Below are positions 51,506 to 59,999 of a DNA stretch of 64,000 nucleotides, piece after piece. Source of the DNA: Nitrososphaerota archaeon (GTDB lineage: Archaea > Thermoproteota > Nitrososphaeria_A > Caldarchaeales > Calditenuaceae). Below the pieces are notes generated by a model. It was not told the origin of the DNA and made no database searches. It saw only the letters and a program-made list of their open reading frames with translations. Within the stretch, counting starts at the first letter, position 1. Each line of letters starts with the position of its first letter. The stretch lies in NCBI GenBank assembly GCA_038845265.1, contig JAWBQR010000001.1, positions 64,001 to 128,000 on the forward strand, read 5' to 3'. The position numbers and the translations under genes were made by a program.

Positions 51506-52330
51506 TTATGATTTCACTGCGCCCATGGTTAATCCCTTGATTAGGTATCGTTGTACAAAGGTTATGAATATGAATGCAGGTATCATCGAGATTGTCGTTA
51601 TTGCAGCCATTATGGGCCAGTCTAGTTTATGTGTACCTGAAAGTGCAGTTATTAGTACTGGGACTGTTCTTGCGTCCCTCGATGTCAGTATGAAGGCCAT
51701 GAGGAATTCATTCCAAGCCAAGACAAATGTCAATATGCTCGCCGACGCTATCATTGGTACAGAATTCGGTAAAATTATCCTGAAGAGAGCAGTTGTTTTC
51801 GTCGCACCATCAATAAGTGCTGATTCTTCGAGCTCTTTTGGAAGCTCCTCAAAAGTGATCTTGAGAAGCCAGGTAGTAAATGGAATTGCAAAGACTAAGT
51901 ATGTGATGGCTACCGCCCAGATCGTATCAATAAGTTTTAGATAATACATAATTATGAAGTATGGTACGATCACAGCGAATGCCGGAGCCATCCTGACGGA
52001 TATTATCCAGAAGCCGAGGTTTTTTCCAACAGGATTATTCAGTCTTGATAATGAATATGCAGCAGGAATTGCTAAGATTAATGAGACAGAGACAGTTATT
52101 GCAGATATTACTAAACTGTTCATGAATGCCCCCATGAGTTGGCCACCAAAGAATAGTCTTCTATAGTTGTCGAGAGTTGGCTCAAAGATTAATGGAGGAG
52201 GAATTAAGAATATCTGGTACATCGTCTTAAACGACGCAATCACTAGCCAAGCAATCGGGAACACGACCAATAAACAAGCCATTATTGCCAATGCATATAA
52301 TATTGCAAGTTTTAGGTTGTTTTGATGCAT
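51506..52330 (-). CDS. carbohydrate ABC transporter permease (MalG-like)
   Basis: EAA loop ELEESALIDGA; WNEF. Confidence 0.92.
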   Translation of the reverse strand: MHQNNLKLAILYALAIMACLLVVFPIAWLVIASFKTMYQIFLIPPPLIFEPTLDNYRRLFFGGQLMGAFMNSLVISAITVSVSLILAIPAAYSLSRLNNPVGKNLGFWIISVRMAPAFAVIVPYFIIMYYLKLIDTIWAVAITYLVFAIPFTTWLLKITFEELPKELEESALIDGATKTTALFRIILPNSVPMIASASILTFVLAWNEFLMAFILTSRDARTVPVLITALSGTHKLDWPIMAAITTISMIPAFIFITFVQRYLIKGLTMGAVKS

Positions 52331-52337
52331 CCCTGGA

Positions 52338-53186
52338 TCACCTGCTGATTGACCTTATCAAGGGCATACTCAGGAACATCACTATTAATAGCAACAGTAC
52401 ACCGATCGCAGATGCTGTACCTACGTCAAAGTAGTAGAAGCCGATCTTCCAGCCGAGCATTGGCAGAGTATGTGTCGCCATTCCCGGGCCTCCCTTTGTC
52501 ATCACGAATATCACGTCAAAACTATTAAACGCATCTATTGTCCTCAGAATCGCCGCCACGGTTATCGGCTTCTTCATGTTTGGTAAAGTTATCGACTTGA
52601 AGATCTGCCAACTCCCTGCACCGTCTATCTTGGCAGACTCATAATAGACTGGAGGTATTCCTGCAAGACCTGCAATAAATATGAGGAATGGTAGCGGTGT
52701 TTTTCCCCATATATCTGCGAGGATTACTGAGACTAATGCAAGAGTGGGATCTCCGAGTAGGCTCAAGTCTCCGAGCCCGATCAGCCTCATAAAGTATGCC
52801 CCTATCACACCAACCTCACTGCTGAGCAAGAATTTCCAAGTGAAGCCAACAACAACTGGCGGTAAAACTATAGGCAAGACGATTATCGTCCTCATAATTC
52901 TTTTTCCTTTCAAATTCTCACTAAATAACAATGCTAGTCCTAGCCCTAAGAGGAGTGAAAAGACTACTGAGGCAGCACTGAATACCAGCGTCACGAATAA
53001 GGAAGTAACAAAGTCAGAGGATTGTAAGAGCTTGATGTAATTCTCAAGCCCCGCAAAGGATGGTCCGGTCGGGTCTCTAAGAAACCATCTGAGAAAACTT
53101 GTGTAAAATAGGTAAAACGTAGGTGCAGCAACTAGAAATGCCAGTACACTTACAGCAGGTAACAATAATTTGTATTCATCTCGCAA
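52338..53186 (-). CDS. carbohydrate ABC transporter permease (MalF-like)
   Basis: GLENY, YYESAKIDGA, TKGGPG. Confidence 0.92.
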   Translation of the reverse strand: MRDEYKLLLPAVSVLAFLVAAPTFYLFYTSFLRWFLRDPTGPSFAGLENYIKLLQSSDFVTSLFVTLVFSAASVVFSLLLGLGLALLFSENLKGKRIMRTIIVLPIVLPPVVVGFTWKFLLSSEVGVIGAYFMRLIGLGDLSLLGDPTLALVSVILADIWGKTPLPFLIFIAGLAGIPPVYYESAKIDGAGSWQIFKSITLPNMKKPITVAAILRTIDAFNSFDVIFVMTKGGPGMATHTLPMLGWKIGFYYFDVGTASAIGVLLLLIVMFLSMPLIRSISR

Positions 53187-53244
53187 TTTATCTCTACACC
53201 ATCTAAAAAATAATAAATAATTAATTAATGTATTTTTGTGATTT

Positions 53245-54789
53245 TTATTTGTAGTATCCTCTGCTTGTCATTAGGTCTGTGGCCCATTTTTGAAGCTCTG
53301 ACAATGCTACTTCCACAGTCTTGGCTCCAGCGACTACTTCAGAAGCCGTTGTGCCTATCTTGTCCATGAATAGGTCGAGCTCAGGGATGTATGGGAAGTA
53401 TATTGCAGGATTCTCCAGCACTGACCGCTCGTTGAGTTCTATCTCTTCAATCCCATACTTCTTTATCAGTGGATATGAATACAAGACAGACCTCATAGTT
53501 ACGTTGGGCCATCCTGTCCTCTCTGCAAATGCCTCCATCGATTTACGACCAGTCAAGTAGGTAAGCACTCTCCATGCGGCTTCTTTATTCTTTGAGAACT
53601 TGTTAATCCCTAGAGAGAACGTCCAATAACTGTTTATCCTCTTTTTACCCGGACCGAATGGAGTTAACATGAACTTTGTATACTTCTTTACATTTTCATC
53701 CTCTGTTATGCCAAGTGCGGCATAGCCATTAATGGCTGAAGGCATTAGGATTGCTGCCTTACCCACTGCATATGTATTCATCATATCGACCCATGTATGA
53801 GTCGATGCACCTGGTGGACAGAACCTCTTCGCCCAGTCTGTGAATGCTCTAAACCCAGCCTCAAAGTCTGATGAGTCGAAGATTGGCTTGGCCTTCTTGT
53901 TCTTTATTTCTCCCGGCCAGATCGCGCCTCCTTCAAACCAAGCGGGATATCCTGCATATGCATATATGAAGCCTGCCAAGTCTAGGGTAGGCTCCTCCCC
54001 TGGGCCCGCTCTCATTGTCAGTGGATACACATCCGTTATCCCATCCTTTCTCAATCCTTCGAGGATTTTCTCCATGGCTATCTCGAGGTCATCCGTAGTC
54101 CAGTTCTCCTTGGGGAGATCTGCTCCATACTTCTCGAATAAGTCACGTCTATAGATTACTCCTGGTCCGAAAGAGTAGTAAGGCAACGCGTATAGTGTCC
54201 CCTCTATTCTATTGGCGTCCAGGAATGATGGATATACATCGTTAGGGTCAAAGTAATCCTGTGGATATTTGTTAAAGTATTCATCTAATGGATCTAGGTA
54301 TCCTGCATATCCGTATGCCTGCACTGCACCGTCGCTTCCCACTAGAATAATATCGTATTTACCTACCTGAGCCATGACATCCGCTGCCACCTTCTCCCTT
54401 ACGGCCCATTCATCACCCCATTCAATAGTAACATCAACATTCTCAGCATTCTCGAATCTCTTCAATACATCCGTCTCAGTAGTTCCGTCTGAGCCGAAAA
54501 GCTCCGGCCAGGCGAATCCTTGAGCAAAGGCTATGACGTTTATCTTGACCTTCTCTCTGGGCGGAGCTGTTACATACTGAGTTATCGTTCTCTCAACTGT
54601 TGCAGCTGCCTGAGTCACAGTAGTCGTCACTGTCCTGCCTGGCTCTCCGACTGTCTGAGTTACTGTTCTGACTGCCGCCTCTGGCTTTGCGACCCACCCT
54701 ATCGCTGTACCTACTGCTAATCCACCTATGAGTCCGCCGATTGTCCCAAGCATAGCCCTACGTGATAACCTCTTCTCAATTTCTGACAT
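53245..54789 (-). CDS. sugar ABC transporter substrate-binding protein, Tat-exported
   Basis: LSRRAML twin-arginine signal, Thr-rich linker, LYALPY, YRRDLFEKYG. Confidence 0.88.
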   Translation of the reverse strand: MSEIEKRLSRRAMLGTIGGLIGGLAVGTAIGWVAKPEAAVRTVTQTVGEPGRTVTTTVTQAAATVERTITQYVTAPPREKVKINVIAFAQGFAWPELFGSDGTTETDVLKRFENAENVDVTIEWGDEWAVREKVAADVMAQVGKYDIILVGSDGAVQAYGYAGYLDPLDEYFNKYPQDYFDPNDVYPSFLDANRIEGTLYALPYYSFGPGVIYRRDLFEKYGADLPKENWTTDDLEIAMEKILEGLRKDGITDVYPLTMRAGPGEEPTLDLAGFIYAYAGYPAWFEGGAIWPGEIKNKKAKPIFDSSDFEAGFRAFTDWAKRFCPPGASTHTWVDMMNTYAVGKAAILMPSAINGYAALGITEDENVKKYTKFMLTPFGPGKKRINSYWTFSLGINKFSKNKEAAWRVLTYLTGRKSMEAFAERTGWPNVTMRSVLYSYPLIKKYGIEEIELNERSVLENPAIYFPYIPELDLFMDKIGTTASEVVAGAKTVEVALSELQKWATDLMTSRGYYK

Positions 54790-54853
54790 GGCGTAATTAC
54801 GCATGAATTTTCTTCTATAAAAACTTTTATAATAATAATCTGATTACTCAGAT

Positions 54854-55855
54854 GTGGTTGATTTGATTAGGTTTGGCGTTATTGGTCTAGGCGATTTTGG
54901 GGAGAGACATGTTCAAGCACTGAAGAGTATCGCTGGGGTTGAGGTTGTGGCCGTTTGTTCACGTACCCGGAGCCGTGCAGAAGAGGTAGCGAGGAGATAT
55001 GGCGTGAAGAAGTGGTATACGGATAGGGAGAAGCTCGTGAGGGATGATGAGGTGGATGCAGTCACGATTGCGACTGCTGACGATGATCATGTCGAGCCGA
55101 CAATTCTCGCAGCTGAGGCCGGTAAGCCGGCTCTCCTTGAGAAGCCTATGGCGACAACTCTTGAAGACGCTGACAAGATAATCAGCGCAGTTAAGAAGAG
55201 CAAAATAATCTTCATGGTTGGACACATATTGAGATTTGATAAGCGCTATAGAACTGTCTGGAAGATGGTTAGGGAGGGACGGCTTGGAAGGATCGGCTCG
55301 ATGTATGCCCGCAGAATAGGGAGGCAGAAGGCTGCAGGCATCTTTCTTAACAGGGTCTCGGCTCCAGTCCAGACAGGAGTACATGATATCGATATTATTA
55401 GATGGATAACAGGAAGAGAGGTGGTTCAGGTCTCAGGCTTCGCTGCCAGAAGAATGAATTATAAGTATCCTGACATATTCTGGACCGTCATGAGGTTTGA
55501 CGACGGAACTCTAGGAATCGTTGAGAATGGATTTATGCTTAGTGACAATTATCCACACTTCATTGATTCTCAGCTAGAAGTCATTGCTGAAAAAGGGACC
55601 ATACATATATTGACTCCTGGCGAGTACTTTTCGATTTACAGTACTGAGGGTGTCGACAAGCCTGACGTGACTTACTGGCCGAAGATGAATGGGCATGCCG
55701 AGGGGGCGCTTAAAGACGAGCTAGAATACTTTGCTAGATGTGTAAGAGAAGGACGACAACCAGAGGTTATTCCAATCGAAGACGCGAGAAGAGCACTGGA
55801 GATCGCGATCATGGCCATGAAATCCGCTGAGCAGGGGGCTACATTGTCCATATAG
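54854..55855 (+). CDS. Gfo/Idh/MocA family NAD(P)-dependent oxidoreductase
   Basis: GVIGLG, EKPMA, GHILRF, GVHDID; divergent from the ABC genes. Confidence 0.9.
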   Translation: MVDLIRFGVIGLGDFGERHVQALKSIAGVEVVAVCSRTRSRAEEVARRYGVKKWYTDREKLVRDDEVDAVTIATADDDHVEPTILAAEAGKPALLEKPMATTLEDADKIISAVKKSKIIFMVGHILRFDKRYRTVWKMVREGRLGRIGSMYARRIGRQKAAGIFLNRVSAPVQTGVHDIDIIRWITGREVVQVSGFAARRMNYKYPDIFWTVMRFDDGTLGIVENGFMLSDNYPHFIDSQLEVIAEKGTIHILTPGEYFSIYSTEGVDKPDVTYWPKMNGHAEGALKDELEYFARCVREGRQPEVIPIEDARRALEIAIMAMKSAEQGATLSI

Positions 55856-56001
55856 ATTGCAATTGATTCTTTGATGCAGAAAGGCAATCTATTCTATCTC
55901 CCAAGATGCACAAATATGTTGCATAAGTATGTGAATCAGACCTTTATTTTTTATGTGGTAAGGAGTGAGAGTATCCAGAATTAAAAAAGATTGTTAGAAT
56001 C

Positions 56002-57315
56002 TTACCTCGAGATTTCTTCTAGTGTTTTACCTTTAGTCTCTTCTCCTATTATCGCAGTAATTATACCGGCCAATAGATGGGCCAGGGCAAATACCACGAA
56101 TGCTAAGAGGAGTGCCCCACCACTAACTTCGAAGAGGTACCCAGTGATAGAGGGCGCGAGGATGCCTGCAAGTCTGCCTATACTTGCTGCAGTTCCTGAA
56201 CCTGTACCCCTGAGTTTTGTGGGATAGAGCTCTGGAGTATATGTGTATAGTCCGGCCCATGCGCCTAGGTTGAAGAAAGATATCAGGGCACTATACAGTA
56301 GTATTAGCTCTAGTTGATTTGTAGAGGCTAGCAATAGGCATCCAAGTCCAGCAACTACTAAATACGATACGAGAACGCCCTTTCTACCTACCTTATCTAG
56401 AATCAGAGCAGCACTATAATACCCAGGAACTTGAACGAAAGTTATTATCAATACCCACTCCAGGCTCTTAACTACTTCGTATCTGAAGAGACGCGCATAG
56501 ATGTCTGGAAGCCATGTAAAGATTCCATGATAAGTGTATACTAAAACTGCCCAGAGTATCCAGAGCATGATCGTCCTCTTAAGATACATGTCGGAGAAAA
56601 GTGTAGTTATTGGTACTTTTTCTTCTTTCGCCACATCAATACTGATTCTCTCAACATCTTTAACTAAATTATATTTTACAAGTATGTTCTTGATATCGTT
56701 CAGCTTCTCTTTCTTCTCCAGGAATCTAAGAGATTCAGGAGCATAGTATGCGATTGCAGGTATCAATAGCAGGGGGATGTAGGATATTGTGAAGACGGCT
56801 CTCCACCCTATCTGAGGCATGATTATTCGAGCCAATATTATGCCTAGGAGCACGCCCCAAACCCACGCAGTCTCGACTATTCCTACAAATCTTCCACGAT
56901 ACTTTGCAGGAGGATACTCCGACATGTATACTCCAGGGAGTGGAAGAGTTCCTCCCAATCCTATTCCTGCAAGTATTCTGAAGATTGACATGGACCAGAA
57001 ATCCCATGTAACTCCGCACAGACCTGTAAAGACCGAGCCGACCAAGATCATGACGATCATGGTATATTTTCTGCCTATCCTATCAGCTATCAATCCGCTA
57101 AATATTGCTCCGAGGAACATCCCAACATATCCGAAGCTTAGCAGGTATCCAGCCTCTGTCAAGCTTAGCCCCCATTCGGCTCTAATCGCCGGTAGGAGAA
57201 GACCTATCAACATTACATTCATGGCAGTCAATCCATATGCCAGCGAGGCTATAGTTAGGAGGACGTAATGAAATCTACTCAACTTAAGGTCTTCAAGAAT
57301 CTTTACTACGCTCAC
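56002..57315 (-). CDS. MFS transporter (SV2/NiaP-like)
   Basis: GLIADRIGRK, SEYPPAKYRG, PESLR, YTPELYPTKLRGTG, ETKGKTLEEI. Confidence 0.88.
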   Translation of the reverse strand: MSVVKILEDLKLSRFHYVLLTIASLAYGLTAMNVMLIGLLLPAIRAEWGLSLTEAGYLLSFGYVGMFLGAIFSGLIADRIGRKYTMIVMILVGSVFTGLCGVTWDFWSMSIFRILAGIGLGGTLPLPGVYMSEYPPAKYRGRFVGIVETAWVWGVLLGIILARIIMPQIGWRAVFTISYIPLLLIPAIAYYAPESLRFLEKKEKLNDIKNILVKYNLVKDVERISIDVAKEEKVPITTLFSDMYLKRTIMLWILWAVLVYTYHGIFTWLPDIYARLFRYEVVKSLEWVLIITFVQVPGYYSAALILDKVGRKGVLVSYLVVAGLGCLLLASTNQLELILLYSALISFFNLGAWAGLYTYTPELYPTKLRGTGSGTAASIGRLAGILAPSITGYLFEVSGGALLLAFVVFALAHLLAGIITAIIGEETKGKTLEEISR

Positions 57316-57383
57316 TTCTACACATCCCTCTTCTACTTCAAGACGGAAGATACGTAGTCAGGATTTATTATACATGGATTTAT

Positions 57384-57429
57384 TGGCAATAATTGACAGA
57401 AGTTTCTATTGATTGGTAATAGATTGCCA
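57384..57429. promoter_or_regulatory. two related quasi-palindromes, candidate operators
   Basis: TGGCAAT-A-ATTGACA (57384-57398) and TGGTAAT-AG-ATTGCCA (57414-57429) between divergent genes. Confidence 0.4.
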
Positions 57430-57501
57430 CATTTTATCTATTTAATGATTTTTCAGTTAGCTATGTTTATAGCCTCAATGTCTAGGCATTATTCATAAGG
57501 G

Positions 57502-58524
57502 ATGAGACTGGTCTTTAGAGTAGCTTCTGGTACTGGGCCGGCGACAAAGGAGGTCTATAAACTACTCAATGACCTGAAGCTCGATTCACCGGTCGTAACT
57601 ACTCTAGTCGGATACAGCATCGAAGATTCAGACATCGTAATCGTGGTTGGAGATGATAAGACAATCCTTAGGTCAATATTTGAGTTGGGGAATAGGGGGG
57701 TTCCAGTGCTTGGTGTCAGTGAGGACCCTACGAGGGGCTTCTTATCTCAATGTACCATAAATGAGCTGAGATATGCAATCAATAATATTCAGAAGGGAAT
57801 GTATTCCGTTGAGGAAAATACTAGACTCGAAGTCAGGGTTGATGATGACAAGGTGGTTCCAGCAGTTAATGAGGCAGCTATATTCCCCCACATTAGCGCT
57901 ACCTTGATGGAGTATACATTATCGATTAATGATGAGATGATTTGGCGAGATTATGCAGATGGAGTAATAATAGCTACACCGCTAGGGTCCAGTGCATATT
58001 CGCTCTCAGCTGGAGGCTCATTAATTCATCATGACGCACCAGTATTTGAGATAGTGCCCGTCAACTCTATAGACATTACTAGGAGACCATTAATCGTTCC
58101 TAATAATTCCGTCATCACGATCGATGGTGTATCTTCAAGGCACGGAGTCGAAGTCGTAATTGACGGCCTCGCGAGACTACCAGTCAAGGAGAGAATAGCG
58201 ATTACTAAGAATGAGGTGCCTTGCAGATTTATACATGTGGACGGGCCATCGTCTATCTTGAGCAAGATCGAGAAGAAGATTCATTTGGCTGAGGAGCTCC
58301 TCCGAATACCACCATCAGCTAAGCTAATCATTAAGATATTAGAATATGAGGGGCCCCTAACCTATAGAGACCTCGTTAAGAGAACAATGTTGCCTGAGAG
58401 AACTATACGTCACGCATTGAATGTATTAGTCTCGCGCAGGCTCGTTGCTAAGAAGCCATTGCTCAGAGATGCGAGACAGAAGTTATACTATTTACCAACT
58501 CATCTCTCTAGCTTTAATCGATGA
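57502..58524 (+). CDS. NAD kinase-like domain fused to a C-terminal winged HTH
   Basis: AVNEA, ADGVIIATPLGSSAYSLSAGG; C-terminal PPSAKLII...LPERTIRHAL...DARQKLY. Confidence 0.85.
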   Translation: MRLVFRVASGTGPATKEVYKLLNDLKLDSPVVTTLVGYSIEDSDIVIVVGDDKTILRSIFELGNRGVPVLGVSEDPTRGFLSQCTINELRYAINNIQKGMYSVEENTRLEVRVDDDKVVPAVNEAAIFPHISATLMEYTLSINDEMIWRDYADGVIIATPLGSSAYSLSAGGSLIHHDAPVFEIVPVNSIDITRRPLIVPNNSVITIDGVSSRHGVEVVIDGLARLPVKERIAITKNEVPCRFIHVDGPSSILSKIEKKIHLAEELLRIPPSAKLIIKILEYEGPLTYRDLVKRTMLPERTIRHALNVLVSRRLVAKKPLLRDARQKLYYLPTHLSSFNR

Positions 58525-58576
58525 AATGGTCTCTTGAGAAGCAAGATATATTTAATCCCCGATGACTAATTATTCT

Positions 58577-58641
58577 TGGTGATGATACCGACCTGCACTG
58601 AGAGCCATCGGCTCTTTGAAGAGCATGTCTCCTCGCTGAAT
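58577..58641 (+). ncRNA. box C/D methylation-guide sRNA
   Basis: C GTGATGA 58579; 12-nt guide; D' CTGA 58598; GAGCC/GGCTC hairpin; C' TTGAAGA 58616; 13-nt guide; D CTGA 58636; TATA-like element about 25 nt upstream. Confidence 0.75.
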
Positions 58642-58659
58642 AGTGGTCGGTGAGCCTGA

Positions 58660-58938
58660 ATGATCTTCGAATTTTTTGGCCCAGCCAGGTCATATGCTGG
58701 ACTAAAGTCACTTACTGTTAAGATTAATGAGCCACTCTTTCTTAGAGAGGCTTTGAAGCTTCTTCCAGAGCCCATCAGAGGATTAATTATAGATGAGGAG
58801 GGAAATGTCAGGTCCGGGATGTTGATTCTTGTAAATGACGTGGATGCTCGTAGTGTCTATGGATTTAACATACAGGTAAGGGATGAGGACAAAGTCACCA
58901 TTATACCTTTGATTCATGGAGGAGTTTTGTCTTGTTAG
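58660..58938 (+). CDS. ubiquitin-like MoaD/Urm1/SAMP protein with a 4-aa extension after the di-glycine
   Basis: Beta-grasp pattern FFG...ILVNDVD...IIPLIHGG followed by VLSC. Confidence 0.85.
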   Translation: MIFEFFGPARSYAGLKSLTVKINEPLFLREALKLLPEPIRGLIIDEEGNVRSGMLILVNDVDARSVYGFNIQVRDEDKVTIIPLIHGGVLSC

Positions 58939-59471
58939 TCTCTAGGTACAGGGAATACTGCATGGCCGTCGTTATTGTTGACAATATAGTGAATGACCCA
59001 TTTGAGGTCGTCGAGAAATTCATACCTACGGATGAATTCTCAGTCCAGTTTATTGATCCTCGGAGCATCTATACTTATCGACAGTTAATCGTGGGATTTA
59101 TGGGTGCAGTAGATGCCTATCGAGTAAATGGGCAGCGAGCAAAGAAATTTGAGGTCGAGTTTCTGCTGAGGTTCTCTGGAAAAACCCAGATCAATGAGGC
59201 GATCGAGGCAGTTGGTTATAGGAAGGGAGATAGGAGTGTCTGCGTCTGTGTATTCATGAAGGATGAGAGTAAGATTGGAGAGGTGGTTCAGAAGATTGCA
59301 GAGCATCTCGGCGGAACGATCTCCGAGGAGATAGAGAGGGGGACCCTTAAAAATGTCCTAGAGCTTTATGGCATCTCCATTAATGAGTTAGAAGTTCTTG
59401 CGCCTTCCCGCGAGGTGAAGCCTGGCGAGTTGCTGATACTGGAGAGAATAGCTATGAGTGGCCTAGCATGA
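58932..59471 (+). CDS. cgi121: KEOPS complex subunit Cgi121
   Basis: EVEFLLRFSGKTQINEAI...G, LERIA. Confidence 0.75.
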   Translation: MLVSRYREYCMAVVIVDNIVNDPFEVVEKFIPTDEFSVQFIDPRSIYTYRQLIVGFMGAVDAYRVNGQRAKKFEVEFLLRFSGKTQINEAIEAVGYRKGDRSVCVCVFMKDESKIGEVVQKIAEHLGGTISEEIERGTLKNVLELYGISINELEVLAPSREVKPGELLILERIAMSGLA

Positions 59472-59529
59472 CTCTACTGATGATATCTTTAAATCGCTCT
59501 CTGGAATAGTTAGATGCTGATATTAAGAA

Positions 59530-59976
59530 ATGGCGCGGATGCATGCGAGAAAGAGGGGTAAGTCGAGGTCCAATAGGCCCTTAAGCAAAGATTCTCCAGA
59601 GTGGGTAAAGGTCACGCCGGAGGAGGCCGAGGCCCTCGTAGTCAGGCTGGCTAAGGAGGGGACGCCTCCAAGTAAGATTGGAGTAATTCTAAGAGATATT
59701 TATGGGATACCGCTCATAACCCAAGTAACTGGAAAATCAATTACCCAGATACTTCAGGAGAATAATCTTTTGCCAGAGATACCGGAGGACCTGGCTAACT
59801 TGATCGAGCGGGCTAGACGGATGCAGCTACATCTATCAACTCACAGGTCTGATAGATACAACAAGAAGCGGCTCCAGCTGGTCGAGGCTAAGATCCATAG
59901 GCTCGTCAAGTACTACACGAGGATCGGAAGAATACCTAAAGACTTTAAGGTAAAGACGCTTTATACATATGCCTAA
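59530..59976 (+). CDS. rps15: 30S ribosomal protein uS15
   Basis: MARMHARKRGKS, PSKIGVILRD, IPEDL, EAKIHRLVKYY. Confidence 0.97.
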   Translation: MARMHARKRGKSRSNRPLSKDSPEWVKVTPEEAEALVVRLAKEGTPPSKIGVILRDIYGIPLITQVTGKSITQILQENNLLPEIPEDLANLIERARRMQLHLSTHRSDRYNKKRLQLVEAKIHRLVKYYTRIGRIPKDFKVKTLYTYA

Positions 59977-59999
59977 TCAATTGTGAAGTGCTCTGATGT

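Noticed and set aside
50656-57315. Integrated element at tRNA-Leu (or at tRNA-Glu, 28346)
   Set aside because: No integrase or transposase, and no repeat of a tRNA 3' end was seen.
59477-59520. CTGATGA...CTGA upstream of rps15 as a third C/D sRNA
   Set aside because: Too short, no internal D'/C' boxes, and it contains the likely rps15 TATA (TTTAAA).
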